Assembly (NCBI GenBank): GCA_963744995.1
Contig: CAVUWA010000011.1
Span: forward strand, 416,001 to 480,000
Length of the DNA stretch: 64,000 bases
Reading direction: 5' to 3'
DNA from: Candidatus Eiseniibacteriota bacterium
GTDB lineage: Bacteria > Eisenbacteria > RBG-16-71-46
Every line of letters begins with the position of its first letter. The stretch's first letter is position 1. A program made the translations under genes and the position numbers. Below the pieces are notes generated by a model. It did no database searches and was not told the DNA's origin. It saw nothing but the letters and a program-made list of their open reading frames with translations. This document shows, piece after piece, positions 43,949-57,264 of the stretch.

Positions 43949-44956
43949 TCAGTGCTGATGAGCGTACAGCACCGCCGCGTTGAACAGGTAGAGCGCGATC
44001 AGTGCGGCGCTCACCCAGCCCAGCGCACGGAGCGGACGCGAGCGCGGCTGGTAGAGCAGCCCGACGATCGCGACGCCGGTCATCATCATCGCGGTGATCG
44101 CGGTCACCACGTGCACGGGATGCACGCTGCCGTAGATCGGGCCGCGCACGTAGAACAGGTCGTCGATCGCGAGGATCAGGATATTGAACAGGTTGCTGCC
44201 CAGCACGTTGCCGATCGCGAGGTTGGTCGCGCCCTGGCGCACGCAGCCGATCGTCACGACGACCTCGGGCAGCGAGGTCGCGAAGGCGATGAACAGACTG
44301 CCCACGAACGAGTGACCCCAGCCCATGACGTCCGCGATCTGCTCGCCCACGAACGGCAGCCAGGTCGCCGCCACGACCACGACCAGCGCCCATGCGACGT
44401 AGCGGATCACCACCTGCCGGAGCGTGAGCGGACTCGACTCCTCACCCAGCTCCTCGGCGTGCTCGGCGATCTGTTCCATCTCGTAAGTGAACACACCGCG
44501 CATGGAGGTCGCGTAGAGCACGATGATCACCAGGCTGGCGACGCTCACGTGGCCGACACTCGGCATGCCGCCCAGAGCGTGCAGCGCCAGTGACGCCGCG
44601 ACGGTACCGATCATCAGCACGCCGAAGCCGGCGGTGAGCACGTGGCCGCGGCTGGCACGGGTGAACACGGGTCCACGGCCGTGCACGGCATCGATGATCA
44701 CCAGGATCAGCAGGTTGAAGACGCAGCTGCCGAGGATGTCGCCGAGCGCGATGTTGGGGGTCTGCGCGATCGTGGACGAGCTGATGCCGGTGAACAGCTC
44801 CGGCAGCGACGTGACGGACGCCATGAGCACGACGCCGATCCAGGTGCGGCTGGCGCCGGACTTCTCGGCGATGAGGTCGCCGTACCTGGACACGCGCATG
44901 CCGGCGACCCAGATGACGGACGCGCATGCGAGGAACTCCAGCCAGGGAACGAGCAT
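43949..44956 (-). CDS. Na+/Ca2+ antiporter (CaCA, YrbG-like)
   Basis: Two alpha-repeats TSLPE...GSC.FN and TSLPE...GSNLFN. Confidence 0.92.
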   Translation of the reverse strand: MLVPWLEFLACASVIWVAGMRVSRYGDLIAEKSGASRTWIGVVLMASVTSLPELFTGISSSTIAQTPNIALGDILGSCVFNLLILVIIDAVHGRGPVFTRASRGHVLTAGFGVLMIGTVAASLALHALGGMPSVGHVSVASLVIIVLYATSMRGVFTYEMEQIAEHAEELGEESSPLTLRQVVIRYVAWALVVVVAATWLPFVGEQIADVMGWGHSFVGSLFIAFATSLPEVVVTIGCVRQGATNLAIGNVLGSNLFNILILAIDDLFYVRGPIYGSVHPVHVVTAITAMMMTGVAIVGLLYQPRSRPLRALGWVSAALIALYLFNAAVLYAHQH

Positions 44957-45067
44957 CGCGGCACGATAGCCCGGCGGGAAGGATCGTGCACGCGGGTGAC
45001 GCGAGGGGCACGGGCGCTGCGGGCCCTGGCGCGGGGCGTCGGGTGGCGCGCGGCCCGCGCGCTCCGG

Positions 45068-47110
45068 TCAGGACGGGCGCGCCCGGGCCAGCTTCGCGTC
45101 GAGCCGGGGATTCGCACCGAAGCGGGACCGCTCCTCGCGGTACCAGTGCCGCGCTTCGCGCCCTCGCCCCCGGGCGAGCGCGAGGTCGCCGAGGATCTCG
45201 CGGATCCGGGGCGTCTGCGGCATGAGCCGGACCGTGCGCGCCAGGTGGCGCGCCGCATCGGCGTTGCGCCCGTCCATCAGTGCGAAGAAGCCGAGCAGCT
45301 GGTGCGCGGCGCCGTTCGCGGGCGAGGCGTCCGCCATGCGTTCGGCTTCGGCGCGCGCGCGGGCCCGCAGCGCGGGGTCGGCCTGGCAGGCGTCCATCAG
45401 GCGGCCGCGGGCGTCGCGCCCGCCCGGGATCACGCGATAGCCGAAACCCGCGGCCAGGCGCGCGAACGGGCCCGCGCGCCGCACGTACAGCTCGGCGGCA
45501 TCGTCGCCGAACACCATCACCCAGGTCGAGTCCATGTCGAGCACGTCGAGCAGGTGATCGCCCGGGGTCTGCTCGCGGTCGAGCAGCACGTAGTCGAAGC
45601 GGCGCGCGTGATCGAGCGCGTACCAGTCGGCCGGGCGCCGGAGCGCCGCGTAGTAGTTCGCACGCTCCGCCGCGGTGCTCAACTCGGGCTGGGTGGTGAC
45701 GAACGGCAGACGTTCGCGCTCGGCCGGGAAGCGGAACGCCAGGTAGCCGCCGTGCTGCATCTGGTTGAACGTGCGGCCGCGGATGCCGTGCGCGGCGATG
45801 AAGTCGGCGGCGTGCACGGGGGCGTGGCGCATCGCGATGCCGACTCCGAACGGGCGGTCGGGGCGCGTCGTCCCGGCGAACGTGAGTGCGGCGATCGCGA
45901 GCGCGACCCCCAGCGCCGCGCCGCTGCGGTGGGCGATGGGTACGGCGCCCCCCGCCGCCGGCCCGGCGCCGGGCGCCTCGCCGGGCGCGAGCCGCGCGCC
46001 CAGGTCGCGCGCCATGAACGGCGCGGCGGCCATCGCCCAGACACCCAGGAAGCGCAGCGAGGTCCAGGCGAGCGCGGTGAACGCCGCGCACAGCAGCGCT
46101 TCGACCACGTCCAGGCGCCGGCGACCGGCGCGCAGCAGGATCAGCACCGGCCAGAGCGCGATGAGGACGGGCGTGCCGCTCCGCCAGCCGGGCGCCCAGC
46201 GGAGCGGATGCAGCTCCTCGATGCTCGAGAACATCGGATCGTAGCGCCAGAACAGCGCGAACTGGAACGGCTGCCAGAGCGCGTGCCAGCCGGAGGGCTG
46301 AACGAACGCCGCGAGCGCGGCGAGCAGCCCCGCGCCCCAGAGCGGCAGGCGGGCGCGCCCGGACACGGCGTCGCCCGCCTGCCCGCCGCGGGCGCCCCGC
46401 CGCGCCCGCAGGTCGCCGGCGAGGTGCGCGGCGATCAGCACGAACAGCAGATAGACCGTGACGTGCGCGTTCGCCCAGACGAGCGCGATCGGCACCAGCC
46501 ACCACGATCGGTCGGCGCCGCCGGCGCGGCGCGTCTCGAGGATCCACAGCGAGAGCGCGAACAGGATCGCCGCGAGCGACTCCGGCCGCGCGTCGGCGCG
46601 CATGCGGTAGGTGAGCGCGCAGGCCACGAGCACGAGCCAGGCGAGCAGCCCGCGCGCCCCCATGCGGCGCGCCGCCGCGAACAGCAGGAGGAACACGGCG
46701 AGCGCCGAGAGCCAGCGCCACGCGAACACGCCCAGGACGCCGCCCGCCGCCCACAACGGCCACAGCACCACACGGAACAGCCACGACGCCGCGACCATCG
46801 GCGCGCCGTAGTCCGGCCACGTCCAGAGATTCACCTTCATCGCATGGGGATCGGCGACGATCGCCCGCCCCTGGGCGAGCAGCGTCCAGAGGTCGGTGTC
46901 CTGGACGATCGTGGTGACGAGCAGGAGCACCGCGGCGAGCCCGGCGAGCGTCACCGCGAGCAGGGCGGGATCGGTGGGGCGCAGCTCGGCGGTCAGGGCG
47001 CGGCGGACGGCGCCGAGGAACGGCGCGCGGCGCGACGCGGCGGGCGCGGCTCCGCCCGTGCGGGAAGCCGGGCGACCGCCGGTTCGATCGCGCTTCCCGC
47101 GGGACTTCAC
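45068..47110 (-). CDS. GT-C-like membrane protein with C-terminal TPR
   Basis: DTDLWTLLAQGR, SWLF, RPE, LVWANAH, IEE..P, GGYL motifs; many TMs; TPR tail; start approximate. Confidence 0.72.
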   Translation of the reverse strand: MKSRGKRDRTGGRPASRTGGAAPAASRRAPFLGAVRRALTAELRPTDPALLAVTLAGLAAVLLLVTTIVQDTDLWTLLAQGRAIVADPHAMKVNLWTWPDYGAPMVAASWLFRVVLWPLWAAGGVLGVFAWRWLSALAVFLLLFAAARRMGARGLLAWLVLVACALTYRMRADARPESLAAILFALSLWILETRRAGGADRSWWLVPIALVWANAHVTVYLLFVLIAAHLAGDLRARRGARGGQAGDAVSGRARLPLWGAGLLAALAAFVQPSGWHALWQPFQFALFWRYDPMFSSIEELHPLRWAPGWRSGTPVLIALWPVLILLRAGRRRLDVVEALLCAAFTALAWTSLRFLGVWAMAAAPFMARDLGARLAPGEAPGAGPAAGGAVPIAHRSGAALGVALAIAALTFAGTTRPDRPFGVGIAMRHAPVHAADFIAAHGIRGRTFNQMQHGGYLAFRFPAERERLPFVTTQPELSTAAERANYYAALRRPADWYALDHARRFDYVLLDREQTPGDHLLDVLDMDSTWVMVFGDDAAELYVRRAGPFARLAAGFGYRVIPGGRDARGRLMDACQADPALRARARAEAERMADASPANGAAHQLLGFFALMDGRNADAARHLARTVRLMPQTPRIREILGDLALARGRGREARHWYREERSRFGANPRLDAKLARARPS

Positions 47111-47114
47111 CGGC

Positions 47115-47624
47115 TCAACGTTCCTTCGTCGCGCGCTCGCGCTCGTCCGCGCTCCAGCCGTAGACGCCCGGGACGAATGCGCCGACGGCGCGCAGGTAGG
47201 CGGAGAGCTGGCCGCGATGGTGGATCGAATGCGTCGGCACGTAGAACAGCCGCCTGACGCGCGTGTCCTCGACGCCGAACAGGCTGCAGCCCTCGAGCAG
47301 CGTCGCGCCGTCCATCGCGCGCACCGCGGCGAGGCCCTCGGGCAGCGTCCGTTCGTGATGGGCGACGAGCGCCTCCGGACTCTGCGGGATCGGCTCGCCG
47401 AGGTCCACACCGTCCCAGGTGCCCTGCGCGACGACGAGCAGCGTCAGATGCTCGGCCTGCACGATGTGCCAGGCCAGCTCGTGCATGGACATGCCGCGAT
47501 GGTGCGGCCGGTACGAGAGCTTGTGCTCCGGAATCGCCGCGATCACGGCGCGCGTCGCCGGCGCCTCGCGTTCGAGCAGCGCACACAGCTCATCGCGCAT
47601 GAACAGAGCCTGGTCGGCGGTCAT
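47115..47624 (-). CDS. DinB-family protein
   Basis: LSYRPH..MSMHELAWHI..HSIHHRGQL..YLR..VPGVYG His triad. Confidence 0.9.
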   Translation of the reverse strand: MTADQALFMRDELCALLEREAPATRAVIAAIPEHKLSYRPHHRGMSMHELAWHIVQAEHLTLLVVAQGTWDGVDLGEPIPQSPEALVAHHERTLPEGLAAVRAMDGATLLEGCSLFGVEDTRVRRLFYVPTHSIHHRGQLSAYLRAVGAFVPGVYGWSADERERATKER

Positions 47625-47658
47625 GGACTCCTCCCCGTGCGGGCCGCGCCCGCGGTCG

Positions 47659-48486
47659 TCACGAACGGGCCGGACGTCGGCGCGCGACGATGCGGAGTCC
47701 CGCCGCGCGCAGCCGGCCCTGCTCGATCAGGTTCAGTTCCGATGCCAGCAGATATCGGGCGATCCGCATGCCGCGCGCCCCGCGGTGGAGCCGCCGCCCC
47801 GCGTAGCGGTAGAGGTGCGGGCCGCTCTCCAGGCTCAGCATCCGGAACCGCGCGCGGATCGCCTTCTCGAGCGCGCGACCGGTGTGCACCGCCCGTGCGT
47901 GCTTGTGGCGCATGCGCCAGCGCTCGAGCGGGTCCTCGGGGATCTCGTGCGCCGCCGGGCGCGGACCGCCCTTCTTCGGTTCCCAGTAGGGCCCCGGATC
48001 CTCGTGCTCGATCAGCCCGGCTGCGCCGAGCAGGTCGATCCCGGCGAAGAACCACGCCGCGGTCCGCCGGTTCATGCGTTCGCGGCCGAACTCGTCGGCG
48101 ATCAGCAGCCCGTTGGGTTTGAGCAGCCGCTCGGCGTTCGCGAGCGCGCGCGGCAGCGACGCGACGTGGTGCAGCGAGAGCACGAACACGATCGCGTCGA
48201 ACGGGCCGTCGGCGTAGTCGAGCGCATCGGCGAGCTTCGCCGGCACGCCGATCCGCCGCGCGGCGCGCACCATGCGCTCCGAGCGGTCGATCGCGGTGAC
48301 GCGGTGTCCCGCGAGGGTGAGCCGCCGCGCCAGATGCCCGTGGCCGCAGCCGACTTCGAGGATGTCGGCCCGGCGCCGGCGTGCCGGGCGCAGCGCCGCC
48401 TGGACGAATGCGAAGCTGCGCCCGGCGTGCAGCTCGACGGGGTCGAGATGGGACGGGCGCTCGAGGCGCGTGCGCTGGATGGGCAT
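47659..48486 (-). CDS. class I SAM-dependent methyltransferase
   Basis: ILEVGCGHG, FDAI..SLHH, LKPNG. Confidence 0.88.
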   Translation of the reverse strand: MPIQRTRLERPSHLDPVELHAGRSFAFVQAALRPARRRRADILEVGCGHGHLARRLTLAGHRVTAIDRSERMVRAARRIGVPAKLADALDYADGPFDAIVFVLSLHHVASLPRALANAERLLKPNGLLIADEFGRERMNRRTAAWFFAGIDLLGAAGLIEHEDPGPYWEPKKGGPRPAAHEIPEDPLERWRMRHKHARAVHTGRALEKAIRARFRMLSLESGPHLYRYAGRRLHRGARGMRIARYLLASELNLIEQGRLRAAGLRIVARRRPARS

Positions 48487-48581
48487 GCCGAGGAGTCTAG
48501 CGCCGGGGCGCCCGTCGCGTCAGATGGCTCCCCGCGCCGGGCGGGTCGGGGTGCCCGCCCGGCTTCCGGTATGGCGCGTGG

Positions 48582-48812
48582 TCACGAGGTGCCGCGGTGC
48601 GCGGCGCGTGAGGCGATGCGCGCTCCCCCGACTGCGCCGAAGACACCGGCGATCGTGCCCATGAGGCCGATCCACCGGCCCTCGTCTTCGCGCCATTGAG
48701 TGAGGTCGAAACCGAAGCACAGCATTCCGACGAACAGAACGAGCAGGGACAAGAGCAGCGCGACCAGAGCCGCGGAGCCGGCCGTCCTCACGACGGCATG
48801 CGAGTCGTTCAC
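48582..48812 (-). CDS. small 2-TM hypothetical protein
   Basis: AGGAGG RBS and GTG start; two hydrophobic segments. Confidence 0.6.
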   Translation of the reverse strand: MNDSHAVVRTAGSAALVALLLSLLVLFVGMLCFGFDLTQWREDEGRWIGLMGTIAGVFGAVGGARIASRAAHRGTS

Positions 48813-49010
48813 GGCGTCTTCCTCCTGCACCTCGTTGCCGGCTGCCGGGGGCGGGTTCTCTTGGTGCCCGTCTCCGGCCCCTCCGCCAGCACCGAAAAGG
48901 TAGCACCGGTGGGAAGGGGTCGAGCGCCACGACCGCGGTTGCGGCCGCTGTTGAAGCGGGTGAAACGCGTTTCGCCCGGGCGCCGGCGGGCGGGCGGAAC
49001 GCGCCGGCGC

Positions 49011-50150
49011 TCATGGCAGGAAGTAGAACGCGATCCCGATCACCACGTACACGGCGATCAGCAGCAGGCCTTCCAGCCAGTTGGATTCGCCGTCTTCGGC
49101 CACCATCTTCGCGGTCGCCACCGCCATCAGCACCGCGAGCACCTCGAACGGCGTGAACAGCAGGTCCATCGGTTTGCCCGGCAGCAGGTACGAGGCGAAC
49201 ACCAGCACCGGCGCCACGAACAGCGCGATCTGCGTGCTGGAACCGATGGCGATGTGCATCGCCAGGTCCATCTTGTCCTTGATCGCGACCAGCACGGCGG
49301 TCGAATGCTCGGCGGCGTTACCGATGATCGCGACCACGATCACGCCGACGAACACCTGGGTGAGCCCGAGCGCGTGGGCGGCCTCCTCCACCGCGCCGAC
49401 CAGCAGTTCGCTCATCCAGGCGACCAGGAGCGTGGCGCCGACCAGCATCAGCACGGCGCGCCATGGCGATTCCGGGCGCGCGGTGGCGTCGTGTGCATCG
49501 TCGTGCGACGGCCCGGCGAACAGGTGTTTGTGGGTGCGCAGCGAGAACACGAGGCTCGCCGCGTAGGCGATGAGCAGCACGATCGAGATCTCGATCGACA
49601 GGCCGCGCTCGAGCGCCAGCTCGTGTTCCGCGGTCACCTGCCGCCCCAGCACGGCCAGCTCGCCCAGGTGATGGAACACCGCCGGCACCACGAAGCCGAT
49701 CGCCGCGAGCACGAGCAGCGTCGAGCCCACGCCCGCCGCGGCACGATCGAAGGTCTGCCGGTGGCGCCTGAGGCCGCCCGCGAAGATCGCGAACCCCAGC
49801 ACCAGCAGGACGTTGCCGATGATCGAGCCGGTGAGGCTCGCCTTCACCACGTTGGGGTAGCCGCGCGACAGTGCGACCAGCGCGATGATCAGCTCGGCGG
49901 CGTTGCCGAAGGTGGCGTTGAGCAGCCCGCCGACCCCCGAGCCCAGCCGGGCCGCGAGGCGCTCGGTGGCCTCGCCCATGATTCCCGCGAGCGGCACGAT
50001 CGCGAGCCCCGCGCAGACGAAGACGGGGACGCCGCCCCATTCGAGCCAGCGCCCGAGCGCCGCGAGCGGCACGAAGATCAGCAGCAGCTTCAGGGCGTGC
50101 TCGGGCGAAAACAGCGAGCGGAGGCCGGAAGGCGCGGCGCGGGCGGTCAT
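49011..50150 (-). CDS. Ca2+/H+ antiporter (CAX/ChaA family)
   Basis: NATFGNAAE and IIGNAAEH repeats, [18 protein letters not shown]. Confidence 0.95.
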   Translation of the reverse strand: MTARAAPSGLRSLFSPEHALKLLLIFVPLAALGRWLEWGGVPVFVCAGLAIVPLAGIMGEATERLAARLGSGVGGLLNATFGNAAELIIALVALSRGYPNVVKASLTGSIIGNVLLVLGFAIFAGGLRRHRQTFDRAAAGVGSTLLVLAAIGFVVPAVFHHLGELAVLGRQVTAEHELALERGLSIEISIVLLIAYAASLVFSLRTHKHLFAGPSHDDAHDATARPESPWRAVLMLVGATLLVAWMSELLVGAVEEAAHALGLTQVFVGVIVVAIIGNAAEHSTAVLVAIKDKMDLAMHIAIGSSTQIALFVAPVLVFASYLLPGKPMDLLFTPFEVLAVLMAVATAKMVAEDGESNWLEGLLLIAVYVVIGIAFYFLP

Positions 50151-50286
50151 GCCGGGCACTGTGCCTCAGGGGGTTGCGCGCTCACAAGAAGGCCGCGTCG
50201 CGGGCCCCGCCTGGCGGGAACGAACCGAGCGGATCTGCACGTTCCCCGGGGAACGTACGGGCCCGCCCGGGGGGATCCGGCGATGG

Positions 50287-50317
50287 AAAACGGGGCGGGG
50301 TCTTTCGACCCCGCCCC
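50287..50317 (-). terminator. rho-independent terminator of nrdJ
   Basis: 11-bp stem GGGGCGGGGTC/GACCCCGCCCC followed by TTTT on the minus strand. Confidence 0.8.
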
Positions 50318-50342
50318 TCGAAACCCGAACTTCCCGGTGCTC

Positions 50343-53531
<3,189 letters not shown>

Positions 53532-53735
53532 CGGGGACCTCCCTGGTCCACTGAGCCAACTTCCTCGCTCGAACGTGATCCTTCCCTGGGAAAGCCGGGC
53601 CTTGACGGCGTCACGGAGAGGCTGACACCGCCTGGGTCGGGCTCACGACTATGACGGACGACCTGTCGCGTGCGTGAAAGGAAGGTGTTGCCCGCTCGCC
53701 CGCGAGGAATCGGATGTGTGCGAACGGTGCCGTGC

Positions 53736-53766
53736 TTTATACCACCGTCCGATGGTGACGCCGCAA
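53736..53766 (-). promoter_or_regulatory. candidate extended -10 sigma70 promoter of nrdJ
   Basis: TTGCGG-N19-TATAAA with a TGn extension; imperfect palindrome CACCGTCCGATGGTG (53743-53757) in the spacer. Confidence 0.5.
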
Positions 53767-54405
53767 GAAAGAAATTGTGCCGATCAAATGCGGGCGCGAT
53801 CGCCCCCCGGTGATTTCGATCAACGCAACCGCGGTCGCACGCGGCGCGAAAAAAATCGAGCAGCATGACGCGCACACGTGATCGCAGCGCTTCGTCGAGC
53901 ACGGTCGCGGCATTCAACCCCGCATGCATGCACACGATGCGACCCGGCGCGTGCGCGTCGCGCACCACGAAGCGCGCCGACCACGCCGCGTCATCGCGCG
54001 CGCGCACGCACTCGCGATCGAATGCGGGCGCCGCGAGCGTCGTCCGGGCGTGCGTCGCGCACGTGCGCACGCGCGGCACGAGCGTCGACGCCGGTATGTC
54101 GCCGAAGTTCGCGGATCGTTCGCAGAAAGGCGCGAGACGGACGGGACGTTCGTCTGCCGCGTTCGTGAACGAGCGCGGGCGAACGTCCGGCGATGTGCGT
54201 GCGAACGCGGTCCTTGAAGATCGCGCCCGCGTGAGCTCGCCAGACATGATGTGCTCCGGGAGAACCGACCGGCGGGGGCGGGTCGTGACTGCGGGGATGT
54301 CGCGCGTCGCCTTCGCGACGGTGCTGACCTTACGACCACGGCCCCGCGTGCACAAGCGTGCAGTGCGCCGCGTCTCTCGATGCGCGGCGTGATCCCCGGA
54401 ATTCG

Positions 54406-54433
54406 GAAGGGGTCCGATGGCTCGGACCCCTTC
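54406..54433 (-). terminator. hairpin downstream of the OMP-lipoprotein operon
   Basis: GAAGGGGTCCGA-tggc-TCGGACCCCTTC, perfect 12-bp stem. Confidence 0.65.
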
Positions 54434-54510
54434 GCGGGACGCGGGTTGCTGGCACCGCACCACGTCCCCTTCGCGCCGCTTCCCGTCGGCGCGGCAGCCG
54501 CGTCCTGCGG

Positions 54511-55113
54511 CTATTTCACCGTGAAGTCCAGCCGGGTGCCGGTCTTCAGGACGACCTGGTAGCCCTTCGAGGCGGCGACGCCCGCCGTGGCGGCGGCACC
54601 GCCGATGATGGCGCCCGCTGCGGCATCCTTGCCCTCGCCGCCTACCGCCTTGCCGATCAGCGCACCGGCGGCTGCGCCGCCCGCGATCGCGCCCAGATTG
54701 CGCGCACGCGGCGACCCGGCGATCACCGGCTCGGTGCTCGCGGTGAGGTCATGCCAGTCCCCGCCGGTCTCGATCGAGGTCAGTTCGAGATCGAGCATCG
54801 CGCGGTTCCCTTTCTCGGCTTCACGTGCGGCCTTCACCTGGCCGCGCACCGCCGTGCCGGCGGGCACGACGACCTTGCCGTCCACCGTGACGTTCGACGA
54901 GGTCGTGCCTTCCCAGGCATCGCCCGGCTTCGCCGTTTCCGACGAGAGCGGCGTGGCGAGCTGCACGTCGAGAGCCGTGCCCGAGGGAACGTCGGGGCCG
55001 GACTTGTGGAACATGGCGAGCGGCGATGCGTCGGCGCTGCCGTTGGCGCCGCTGCAGCCGGACGCGCCCGCCGCGAGGGCCAGCAGGAGCGTGGAGATCC
55101 AGATGCGTCTCAT
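54511..55113 (-). CDS. glycine-zipper lipoprotein (TrbI/VirB10-like beta domain)
   Basis: GGGAGG RBS, lipobox ASGC, VPSGT..L..PLSS..VVPAGT.V.G.V, GAIAGGAAAGALIG. Confidence 0.8.
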   Translation of the reverse strand: MRRIWISTLLLALAAGASGCSGANGSADASPLAMFHKSGPDVPSGTALDVQLATPLSSETAKPGDAWEGTTSSNVTVDGKVVVPAGTAVRGQVKAAREAEKGNRAMLDLELTSIETGGDWHDLTASTEPVIAGSPRARNLGAIAGGAAAGALIGKAVGGEGKDAAAGAIIGGAAATAGVAASKGYQVVLKTGTRLDFTVK

Positions 55114-55142
55114 GTCGAGCCTCCCTTTCATGCGGGTGGAAT

Positions 55143-55748
55143 TCAGAACTTGAAGGCCAGGCCGAGCTTCGTGGACCAGAAGTCCGGGTTCCAGGTGTCG
55201 GGAACCAGCGGACTCTCCTGGTCGCGCATGAACACGTACCGGCCGTTGAGGTCGAGCGCCGCCGACGGCGCGAGCGGAACCTGCATCCCGCCGCCGACGT
55301 GCACGCCGAACTGCTGCGAGGTGTCATCCGGGATCAGCAGCGACGCGTCATAGTCCACGGTCACGTTGTACCAGCCGACCCCGGCGCCGGCGTACAGCGC
55401 GGGCACCGGCGACAGGTACAGCGACGCCGTCACCGGCCACATGCGGACTTTGGCGAGCCCGTCGAAAGCGTCCTCGCTGCGGTAGTCGACCGCGATCTCC
55501 GAGAGCAGCACCGGCGCCAGATGGCCGCGGAACGCGAGGCCGCCGAACACCCGGGCGTCGTCGCCATGATCGACGGTGCGGGTGAGCCCCACGGACGGAA
55601 TGATTTCGCCGGCGCGCGCCACACCCGGCCGGGCGATGGCGACGACGGACCCCGCAGTCAGCGCGATCGCCACGAGGTACGCGACGGATCGCGGAAGCGC
55701 CCGGAGGCGCGAAAGTTCGTTCGGATGCATCCTGTTTCGCGTATGCAT
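55143..55748 (-). CDS. outer-membrane beta-barrel protein (8-stranded type)
   Basis: Signal peptide, amphipathic strands, YAGAGVGWY, terminal GLAFKF BAM signal. Confidence 0.85.
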   Translation of the reverse strand: MHTRNRMHPNELSRLRALPRSVAYLVAIALTAGSVVAIARPGVARAGEIIPSVGLTRTVDHGDDARVFGGLAFRGHLAPVLLSEIAVDYRSEDAFDGLAKVRMWPVTASLYLSPVPALYAGAGVGWYNVTVDYDASLLIPDDTSQQFGVHVGGGMQVPLAPSAALDLNGRYVFMRDQESPLVPDTWNPDFWSTKLGLAFKF

Positions 55749-55806
55749 GAGTCCTCCTCTCCTCGGGGGAGCAGGCCCTGCAGCGCAGGCTCTGCGGAGC
55801 AGCCAC

Positions 55807-55822
55807 TGCGAATTGGATGCCA
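55807..55822 (-). promoter_or_regulatory. sigma54 -24/-12 promoter
   Basis: TGGCATC-CAAT-TCGCA on the minus strand. Confidence 0.65.
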
Positions 55823-56313
55823 GTCCGGGAGTGGGCCAGCAACGCGCTGGCGCACAGCCGGTTGTCGTGGCGGTGACCGGTGCGGGGGACCCTTGCGCGC
55901 CGGTAAGAAGTACACGGGAAGGTCCGAATTACACGGCTGCGGCGGACAGCGCCTCGTCCCGCGGACCATGGAGCGGCTGCCGCGCGCGGCGCCGCCCGCC
56001 CCGGATCGGCCGCACGCGGAACGCCCCGCGCCGCGGCGGTTCCCGGGGACCCGGAGCGCGCAGGGGACGCCGGGCTCCGGCATGTTCACAACAGCGTGCG
56101 TCGGTCCGGGGCGAACCAGGCGCCGGCGCGCCTGCGCCCGGGTCGAGGACGCCGCCCTGCACCGGGTCGCCGGCGCCGCGCCCGCGGCCGCCCTCGCGCC
56201 CGAAGAATTGCCTGCGCGAGATTTTCACGCCGGAATGCTAGGCTCGCGCCCACCGGCAACGCACAGCTCCGCATGCGCCGCACCTGCCGCGAAGTCCTTT
56301 CTCGGAGATCTCG

Positions 56314-57264
56314 ATGGGCCTCCAGTCGTTCGACGCCCTCTGGGATTACGCGCGTCCCGGAGACACCGAATCGAAGTTCCGCGCGCTGCTGCCCGCCTAC
56401 GAGGCGGCCGGCGATCCGGGGCCGCTCGCCGAACTGCTCACGCAGCTCGCCCGCACGCTCGGCCTGCAGCAGCAGTTCGACGAGGCGCACGCATTGCTCG
56501 ATCGCGCCGAGGCGCTGGTCGCGGACCATGCCGGGCCCGATCTTTCCGCACCGGGGGCGCGGCCGATCGCGGTGGCGCGGGTGCGCTGCCTGCTCGAGCG
56601 CGGCCGCGTGTTCAACTCGTCGGGGGCGCGCGATCGCGCCCGCCCGTTGTTCCTCGAAGCCCATGCGGCGGCACAGGCGCTCGGTGAGGACTTCCACGAA
56701 GTGGACGCCGCGCACATGATGGAGATCGTCGAGACCGGCGAGGCGAAGCTGGAGTGGAACGGACGCGCCCTGCGGCGCGCCGAGAGCTCCGATGACGCGC
56801 GCGCCGTGCGCTGGCTGGCCTCGCTCTACAACAACCGCGGCTGGACGCTGCAGGAGCTCGGACGGCTCGACGAAGCGCTCGCCATGTTCGAGCGCCGGCT
56901 CGCGTGGCTCGAGGCGCATCCGCCCGCGGGCACCGCGGAGGCGGGCGACGGCCATGCGCTGCAAATCGGCATCGCCCACTGGTCGATCGCGAAGATGTTC
57001 CGCCTGCTCGGCCGCACCGAAGAGGCGCTCGCGATCCAGCGCCGCCTTCTCGACACGCCGGCGGGCGCGGACGACGGCTTCGTGCACGAGGAGCTGGCGG
57101 AGTGCCTCGTCGCGCTCGGCCGCGACGCGGAGGCGGGCCCGCACTTCGCGCAGGCGCACACGCTGCTCAGGCAGGATCCGTGGCTCGTGCGCAACGAGGC
57201 CGAGCGCCTCGCGCGGCTCGAGCGACTCGCCCGGGAGGGGCCCGCGGGGCCTACGGCCATCTGA
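56314..57264 (+). CDS. TPR-repeat protein
   Basis: LWDY..P..SE..FR, ELLTQLARTLGLQ, LERGRVFNS, WLASLYNN.GW, DGFVHEELAECL. Confidence 0.85.
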   Translation: MGLQSFDALWDYARPGDTESKFRALLPAYEAAGDPGPLAELLTQLARTLGLQQQFDEAHALLDRAEALVADHAGPDLSAPGARPIAVARVRCLLERGRVFNSSGARDRARPLFLEAHAAAQALGEDFHEVDAAHMMEIVETGEAKLEWNGRALRRAESSDDARAVRWLASLYNNRGWTLQELGRLDEALAMFERRLAWLEAHPPAGTAEAGDGHALQIGIAHWSIAKMFRLLGRTEEALAIQRRLLDTPAGADDGFVHEELAECLVALGRDAEAGPHFAQAHTLLRQDPWLVRNEAERLARLERLAREGPAGPTAI

